From Pseudochelatococcus sp. (GTDB taxonomy: Bacteria > Pseudomonadota > Alphaproteobacteria > Rhizobiales > Beijerinckiaceae), in NCBI RefSeq assembly GCF_050946405.1, contig NZ_JBMNUS010000013.1, positions 71,443 to 135,442 of the forward strand: a DNA stretch of 64,000 nt. Reading direction: 5' to 3'. A model generated the notes under the pieces. That model made no database searches and was not told where the DNA came from. It worked only from the letters and a program-made list of their open reading frames with translations. Positions 36,358 to 44,200 of the stretch are shown here, piece by piece. Made by a program: the position numbers and the translations under genes. Numbering within the stretch: the first letter of the stretch is position 1; the number at the start of each line of letters is the position of its first letter.

Positions 36358-38247
36358 ATGTGCGGCATCGTGGGATTTCTCGACCGGGATGGCGCGCCGC
36401 GCCCGCACGATCTGCTGCGCCGCATGGCGGAGGCCGTGCGCCACCGGGGGCCGGATGACGAGGGCTTCTTCACCGGCGACGATATCGGTCTCGGGTTCCG
36501 CCGTCTGTCGATCGTCGATCTGGAAGGCGGGCGGCAGCCGATGTTCGCCGGCGACGGGCGTGTGGCGGCCATCTGCAACGGCGAGATCTACAACCACGCC
36601 GAGCTGCGGGCCGATCTCACGGCGCGCGGCCACCGCTTCCGCACGCGCTGCGACACGGAGGTGATTCCGGCGCTGTTCCTCGAATACGGGCTCGACTTTC
36701 CGCGCCGCATCAATGGCCAGTTCGCCTTTGCCGTCTACGATCGGGAGACGCGCCGGCTGGTGCTGGGGCGCGACCATGTGGGCATCGCGCCGCTGTTTCA
36801 TGCCGAGGTCGGCGGGCTGCTGTTGTTCGGCTCGGAAATCCGGGCGCTGCTGTGCCATCCGGGCCTTGCCCGCGATGTCGACCTGACGGCGCTCGACCAG
36901 ATCCTGACCTTTCCGGGGCTGGTGAGCCCGCGCACGATCCTGGCGAACGTGCGCGCGCTGCCGCCGGGGCATCTGCTGGTGGCCGATCCCGGCCGGCCGC
37001 CGCGCCTCGATCGCTTCTGGGATCTCGATTTTCCGCGCCATGATGAGTTTCCGCGCCATGACGAGATCGGCCCGCCCGGCCGGGCGGACGATTACGTCGA
37101 CGAGCTGGACGCCGCGTTGCGGCAGGCGGTGCGCTACCGGTTGCAGGCCGATGTGCCGGTCGCCGGCTATCTGAGCGGCGGCCTCGACAGTTCGCTCGTC
37201 GCCGCCATCGTCGCCGATCTGGAGCCGGGGGCCACGCGGCATACGTTCTCCATCACCTTTCCCGACAGGGCGATCGACGAGCGCGAGCCGCAGCGCCTCG
37301 TCGCGGCGAGGCTCGGCACCGCCCATCACGAGCGGGAGATCGATCCCGCGCGACTCGCCGCCGGGCTCGACCGCATCGTGGGCTGTGCCGAAGCGCCGCT
37401 GCGCGAATCCTATAACGTATGCTCGCTGCATCTGTCGGGCATGGTGCGCGAGGCCGGGCTCAAGGTGGTGCTCACCGGCGAGGGCGCGGACGAGCTTTTC
37501 GGCGGCTATGTGGGCTACAGGCTCGATGCGGAGCGCGCGCCTGACGCGGACGACCCTTACGATCTCGACGCGCTGATCGAGGGCGAGTGGCGCGAGCGCC
37601 TGTGGGGAGACAGCCGTTTCTTCTACGAGAAGGATTATGGCGCGAGCCGCGACATCCGCCGCGAACTCTACGCGCCGGCGCTGGCCGAGCGCTTCGAGGC
37701 GTTCGACTGCCTCGCCCATCCGCTTGTCGACCGCGCGCAGATCGAGGGCCGGCATCCGTTTCATATCCGCTCGTATCTCGATTTCAAGCTGCGCCTGGCC
37801 GATCATCTGCTGGCGGATCACGGCGACAGGGTGAGCTTCGCCAATTCCGTCGAGGCGCGCTATCCGTTTCTGGACATCGGCGTCATCGACGTGGCGCGCC
37901 GCATCCCGCCCGCCCTCATGGTGCATCAGGGCGAGGAAAAGCATATCCTCAAGCGTCTCGCCCGGCGCTACCTGCCGGCGCAGATCGTGGAGCGCAAGAA
38001 GTTCAGCTTCGTCGCCCAGAGCAGCGCCACGCTGCTGCGCGAGGGCGTGCCGCGCGTGCGCGAGGTGCTCGACGAGGCACGCGTCGCGGCGGACGGCTAC
38101 TTCAGCCCGGAGGCGGTCGCGCATCTCAAGCAGCGGCACGCCGCGCCGGGCGCGGAACTCAACCAGACCTTCGAAGACGACTTCCTGATGGTCGCACTGA
38201 CCTTCGGGATCCTGCGCGAACAATTCGATCTGCCGAAACTCTCATGA
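36358..38247 (+). CDS. Asparagine synthetase B-type glutamine-dependent amidotransferase
   Basis: N-terminal nucleophile MCGIVG, the PP-loop SGGLDSS, and a length of 629 aa. It starts 4 nt after the megasynthase stop codon, and its stop overlaps the next NRPS start (ATGA). Confidence 0.9.
   Translation: MCGIVGFLDRDGAPRPHDLLRRMAEAVRHRGPDDEGFFTGDDIGLGFRRLSIVDLEGGRQPMFAGDGRVAAICNGEIYNHAELRADLTARGHRFRTRCDTEVIPALFLEYGLDFPRRINGQFAFAVYDRETRRLVLGRDHVGIAPLFHAEVGGLLLFGSEIRALLCHPGLARDVDLTALDQILTFPGLVSPRTILANVRALPPGHLLVADPGRPPRLDRFWDLDFPRHDEFPRHDEIGPPGRADDYVDELDAALRQAVRYRLQADVPVAGYLSGGLDSSLVAAIVADLEPGATRHTFSITFPDRAIDEREPQRLVAARLGTAHHEREIDPARLAAGLDRIVGCAEAPLRESYNVCSLHLSGMVREAGLKVVLTGEGADELFGGYVGYRLDAERAPDADDPYDLDALIEGEWRERLWGDSRFFYEKDYGASRDIRRELYAPALAERFEAFDCLAHPLVDRAQIEGRHPFHIRSYLDFKLRLADHLLADHGDRVSFANSVEARYPFLDIGVIDVARRIPPALMVHQGEEKHILKRLARRYLPAQIVERKKFSFVAQSSATLLREGVPRVREVLDEARVAADGYFSPEAVAHLKQRHAAPGAELNQTFEDDFLMVALTFGILREQFDLPKLS
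37030..37065 (+). repeat. In-frame 18-bp tandem duplication (FPRHDE FPRHDE) in the AsnB-like gene
   Basis: tttccgcgccatgatgag / tttccgcgccatgacgag, with one synonymous difference. Confidence 0.9.
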
Positions 38248-41200
38248 CAGGACAAGGCCCCGTGCACTCCACCATGCAGCCTCCCGTGCAGCGTCCCATG
38301 CAGCGTAGCTCCTACGTCGACCGGTTCGAGGAGAATGCACGGGCGCGCCCCGCCGCCGCCGCGCTGGCGACGGCGGCGGGTGAAGTGTCCTACGGCGCGC
38401 TCGACGCGCGGGCGCAGCGCCTCGCCCGGCGGCTCGCGCGGCTGGGGGCGGGGAAGGGCGTCATCGTCGGCCTGTTTCTGGACGCCGACGAAACCTATGT
38501 CGCGGCGCTGCTCGGCGCCGGCAAGACGGGCGGCGCCTTCCTGCCGCTGCCGCCGGACCTGCCGCCGCTGCGCGTCGCCGCCTGCCTCGCCAAAGCGGAA
38601 TGCGGGATCGTCGTGACGCTGGGCCGCCACCGCGCCGCGCTGGATGCGGCGCTGGCTGAAGCCGGCCGATCGGTCGCGGTCATCGAGGCGGATGCGCCGG
38701 ACGATGCCGGCGACGCCGCGCCGGTGGCGCGCGCCATCGGCCCTCACGATCCCTGCTACGTCATGTTCACGTCGGGCTCCACCGGCGCGCCGAAGGCCAT
38801 TCTGGGGCCGCATCGCAGCCTCTCCCACTTCCTGCGCTGGGAGGTCGGCGAGTTCGGGCTGGATGAGACGGTGCGCGGCTCGTGGCTCGCGCCCGTCACC
38901 TTCGATGTCAGCCTGCGCGACATCCTCGTGCCGCTCATGGCCGGGGGCACGCTCTGCATTCCCGATGCCGAGACGCGGATGGTGCCGCGCAAGCTGGTCG
39001 ACTGGCTGGCGCGCGAAAAGGTGACGCTGGTGCATTGCGTGCCGACGGTGCTGCGCCTGATCACGCGCGAGCTGGCCGACCGCGGCGGCGATGCCGGCCT
39101 TGCGGTGCGTCATCTGCTGGTGGCGGGCGAGCCGCTGCTCGGCGCGGATGTCGCGGCCTGGCGGGCGGCGGCAGGCGGGCGCGCCGAGGTCGTGAACCTC
39201 TATGGCCCGTCGGAAACCACGCTGGCGAAGGTGTTCCACCGCATCGGCGAATTGCCCGCCGATCCGCGGCGGGTGCTGCCCATCGGCCGGCCGCTGCCCG
39301 ACACATCGGTGCTCGTTCTTTCCAACGGCCGGCTTTGCGGCCCGCAGCAGATCGGCGAGATCCACATCCGCACCGCCTATCCCTCGCTCGGCTACCTGAA
39401 CGACGCGGCGCTGACGGCGGCGAGCTTCATCCGCAATCCGCTCGGCAACGACGATGCCGACATCGTCTACAAGACCGGCGATCTGGGGCGCTACCTGCCG
39501 GACGGCACCGTCGAATGCCTCGGCCGGCAGGACAATCAGGTCAAGGTCAATGGCGTGCGCATCGAGCTTGCCGAGATCGAGGTCGCGCTGCGCGCCGTCG
39601 CGGGCATCGCCAAAGCGGCGGCGGCGGTGCATGCGGGCGGCGGGGCCGATCCCGTGCTCGTGGGTTATTATGTGCCGGATGCCGGCGCGGCGCCGTCGGC
39701 GGAGGCGATCAAGGCGCAGCTCGGGCGCATCCTGCCGGCGGCCATGCTGCCGCACGTGCTGGTGCGTCTCGACGACCTGCCGCGCACCATCAGCGGCAAG
39801 CTCAATCGCAAGGCGTTGCCGCGCCCGGAGGAGCTGTTCTACGCCGAGCATGCCTATGTGGCGCCGCAGGGCGAGACGGAAGACAAGCTCGCGGCCATCT
39901 GGCGCGAGATCTTCGGCCTGACGCGCGTCGGCGTCGAGACCGCCTTTCACGATTTCGGCGGCGACAGCCTGCGGGCGATCCGCGCCGTGCAGAAGATCTT
40001 CCAGACATTCTCCGTCGAGATCAGCCTGAAGGATTTTCTCGCCGCCGCGACGATCCGGGAACTGGCGCGCCTCGTCGCGGCCGCAGTCCCCGCGCCGGTG
40101 AGCGCCATTGCGCGCGCGGCCGATGCGGCAAGCTATCCCGCCACCCCGGCCCAGAACCGGCTGTGGCGTCTCGACCGGCTCGGCATCGCCCCCACCGCCT
40201 ACAATCTGACGGAAGCGTGCGAGCTGCTGGGGCCGGTGAACGAGGCGGCGCTGGAGCGCGCCTTTCGCGACCTGATCGGCCGCCACGAATCGCTGCGCAC
40301 CACATTCGAGGAGGATGCGGACGGCAACGCGCGCCAGATCGTGCACCATGACACGCCCTGGCGGCTCGAACGCGTCGACCTGCGCCGCCATGCGGAGCCG
40401 GACCGCGCCGCCGCGCTGCTGGCGCGGGACAATGCCGGGCATCGCTTCGACCTGCATCGCGGCCCGCTGCTGCGCGTCGTGCTCGCCCGCCTGCCGGATG
40501 CGGAGGGCGCGGCGCGGCATGTGCTGCTGTTCAACATTCATCACATCGTCGCCGACGTGTGGTCGCTCGGCGTGCTGGTGCGCGAGGTGGCGGCGCTCTA
40601 TGCGGCGGCACTCGCCGGCCGCGACGCCGGCCTTGCGCCGCCGGCGCTGCAATTGCGGGATGTGGCCGTGTGGCAGGCCGGGCGGGCGGCCGCCGGCGCG
40701 CTGGACGGCGACCGCGCCTATTGGCTGGAGCGCTTCTCCGCGCTGCCCGCGCCGCTCGACCTGCCGGCCGACCGGCCGCGCCCGCCGGTGCAGACCTTCA
40801 ACGGCACCACGCGGCGCTTCCGCCTGCCGGCGGACCTGACCGGGCAGCTCGACGGCCTCGCGCGCCGGCACGGCACGACGCGCTTCGCCGTGGTCACGGC
40901 GCTGACGAAGGCGCTGCTGCACCGTTATACCGGACAGACGGATATCGTCGTCGGCAGCCCCGTCGCCGGCCGCACGGATGCGGCGCTGGCGGACCAGATC
41001 GGCTATTACGTCAACACGCTCGCGCTGCGCGACACTGCGGAGGCGGGAGCGCGCTTCGCCGACCTGCTCGCGCGCGTGGCGGCGACGGTGCGCGAGGGGC
41101 TCGCGCATCAGGATTACCCGTTCGACGCGCTGGTGCAGGAACTGCCGCTCGAACGCGACATGAGCCGCTCGCCGCTGTTCGACGTCATGGTCGTCGACCA

Positions 41201-44200
41201 CGCCTTCGAGGATGGCGACCTGCGGCTGGAGGGCGTGCGCGTCATGCCCTTCGGCGACCGGAACGCCTGGAACTTCAGCCGTTTCGATCTCGTCTTCCAT
41301 TTTCAGGACGAGGCGGACGAGCTGGTGCTCGATCTCAACTACAACACCGACCTGTTCGACGATGCGCGCATCCTGCGCATGGGCGCGCATTTTGCGGAGC
41401 TGGCGCGCGCCGCAGCCGGCGACGAGTCGCAGGCTGTCGGGGAACTTAACCTGCTGCCGGCGGACGAAAGCCGGGAACTGGCCGCTTTCACGCACGGGCC
41501 GGTCGTGGCGCGCGATGCGGCGGCGACCATCGTCTCGACCTTCGTGGCGGCGGCGCGCCGTCACGCCGGGCGCCCCGCCGTCATCGATGCCGGAGGGCGC
41601 GTGCTCTCCTATGGCGCGCTCGACGGGGCGACGGACCGGCTGGCGCACGATCTCATCGCGGCGCATGGCGTCGCCCCCGGCGAGCGCGTGGCGGTGTTCG
41701 CGAGGCGCACGCCGGAATCGGTCGCCGCCATGCTCGCGGTGATGAAGGCCGGCGGCGTCTATGTGCCGATCGATCCCGACTATCCGGCCGCGCGGATACG
41801 GTTCATGCTGCGCCAGGCCGGCTGCCGGCTGGCGCTCGCCGACAGCGGGGCGGCCCCGGTCGCGGATGTGCAGGTCGTCGCCGTCGCGCCCCGGCTCGCG
41901 GCCGGCGACGCGGCGCAGCCCGTCGACCGCAGCGGCGCGGGCGAGGCGGCCTATGTGATCTTCACCTCCGGGTCGTCGGGCGAGCCGAAGGGGGTGGCGG
42001 TCGCCCACGGCGGTTTCGTCAACATGTCGTCGGGGCAGATCGCCCTTTTCGGACTCACGCCCGAGGACCGGGTGTTGCAGTTCGCCTCGCCGTCCTTCGA
42101 CGCCTCGCTCGCCAACATGTTCATGGCGCTGTTCAGCGGCGCGGCGGTGGTGCTGCCGTCTGCCGGCGACATCAAGAACACGGCCGATTTCCTGGCGCTG
42201 CTGGCGCGGAGCGGCACCACGGCGCTCACCCTGCCGCCGACCTATCTGCGCGCGCTGCGGCGGGCGGAACTGGCCGGGGTGAGGGTGCTCATCACGGCGG
42301 GCGAGGAAGCGCCGGCCGCCGACCTGCTCCATTACGCGCAGCGGCTCGCCGCCTTCAACGCCTACGGCCCGACGGAGTTTTCGGTCTGCGCCACGGTGCA
42401 TGAGGTCAGCGAGCGAGACCGCGACCGCCTGCGCCTGCCCATCGGCCGGCCGTTGCCGAATACGAGCGTGCATGTTCTCGATGCCGCGCTCAAGCCCGTC
42501 CCGGTCGGGATCGCGGGGGAAATCTGGCTCGGCGGCAGCGGGCTCGCGCTCGGCTACGAGGGCGATGCGGCGCAGACCGCCGCGCGCTTCGTCACGCATC
42601 CGCACACGGGCGAGCGCCTCTACCGCACCGGCGATCGCGGCGCGTGGCGCGAGGACGGCGCGGTCGATTTCCTCGGCCGCGCCGACGATCAGGTGAAGGT
42701 GGCGGGCCACCGCATCGAGCCGGGCGAGATCGAGGCGGCGATGCGCGCGGTGCCGGGCGTGCGCGACGCCCATGTCGCCACAGTGGCGCGGGCCGACGGC
42801 TCCGCCGCGCTCGCCGCCTGGTACTGCGCGGACGAGCGCGTGGAGCTGTGGCCTTCGGTGGCGGAGTTCTACGTCTACGACGACATCGCCTATGGCAGCA
42901 TGGCCGCCGACGAGGGGCGCAACCGGCGCTACCGCGAGGCTTTCGCGCGCCACCTGCCCGGCAGGACGGTGGTGGATATCGGCACCGGGCCGGTGGCTAT
43001 CCTCGCGCGCCTCGCCATCGAGGCCGGCGCGCGCAAGGTCTACGCCATCGACAGGCTGGAGGCGACGGCGCGCAAGGCGCGGGAGACCGTGGCGGCGCTC
43101 GGCCTCGACGACCGCATCACGGTGATCCACGGCGACGCCCTGACCCTGGAGCTGCCCGAGACGGTGGATTTCTGCATCTCCGAGATCGTCGGCGCCATCG
43201 GCGGGGCGGAGGGCGCGGCGCGCATCATCAACGGCGCGCGCCGCTACCTGAAGGACCCGGCGGCCATGCTGCCGCAGTTCAGCGACACGCGCATCGCGGC
43301 GCTGGCGCTGCCTCACGACCGGCTCGCGCCGGGCTTTTCGGACATCGCGGCGCATTACGTCGACAAGATCTTCGCGGAGGTCGGCCAGCCGTTCGACCTG
43401 CGCCTGTGCCTCAAGAACCTGCCGCGCGAGGCCATCGTCTCCACCGACGCGCCGTTCGAATATCTGGACTACACGCGCGAGGTGCCGGTCGAGGCGACGC
43501 ACACGGTCGAACTCGTCGTCACGCGGGACAGCGAGATCACCGGCTTCCTCGTCTGGCTGCGGCTCGGCGTCGATGCGGATGCGGTGGTGGATATTCTCGA
43601 CAACCCCGGAAGCTGGCTGCCGGTGTGGCTGCCGGCCTTCGCCGTGCCGGTCGCGGTGGCGGCGGGCGACCGCATCGCCATCACCATCGCGCGGCGGCTT
43701 TGCGGCAACGGTTTCAACGTCGACTTCTTCCTCGACGGCACGGTGACGCGGGCGGCCGGCGAGGCGGTGCCGTTCGCCTGCCGCAGCGCGCATTTCGGCG
43801 ACGGCTTCCGCCGCACGCCCTTCCATGCGGGGCTGTTCGCGGGGGAAGGGGTGCCGCGCTTCGAGGCGCCGACGCCGGCCGTGGTGCGCCGTCACCTGCT
43901 GGGCGCGGTGCCGGCGCATGCCGTTCCGTCCTTCCTCGTGCCGCTCGACAGGCTGCCGGTGACGATCAACGGCAAGATCGATCGCGCCGCCCTGCCGGCC
44001 CCCGGCGATGTCGCGGAAGGAGCGCGCCGGGGAGAGGCGCTTGCGCCGCAGACGCCGCTGGAGCGGCAGGTGCTGGATGTGTGGCGCGAGATCATGAGCC
44101 GGCCGGACATGACGGCGGGCGATGATTTTTTCAGCATGGGCGGCGATTCCATCCGCGCCATCCAGATCGTCTCGCGCCTGCGCCAGCTCGGCTGGAAAGC

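Noticed and set aside
37587-38243. N-terminal 219 codons of ORF 37587..45683, read as part of the second NRPS.
   Set aside because: This stretch overlaps the well-supported AsnB-like frame and translates to an Arg/Gly/Pro-rich shadow. The recognisable NRPS sequence begins at the ATG at 38244, which overlaps the AsnB stop codon.
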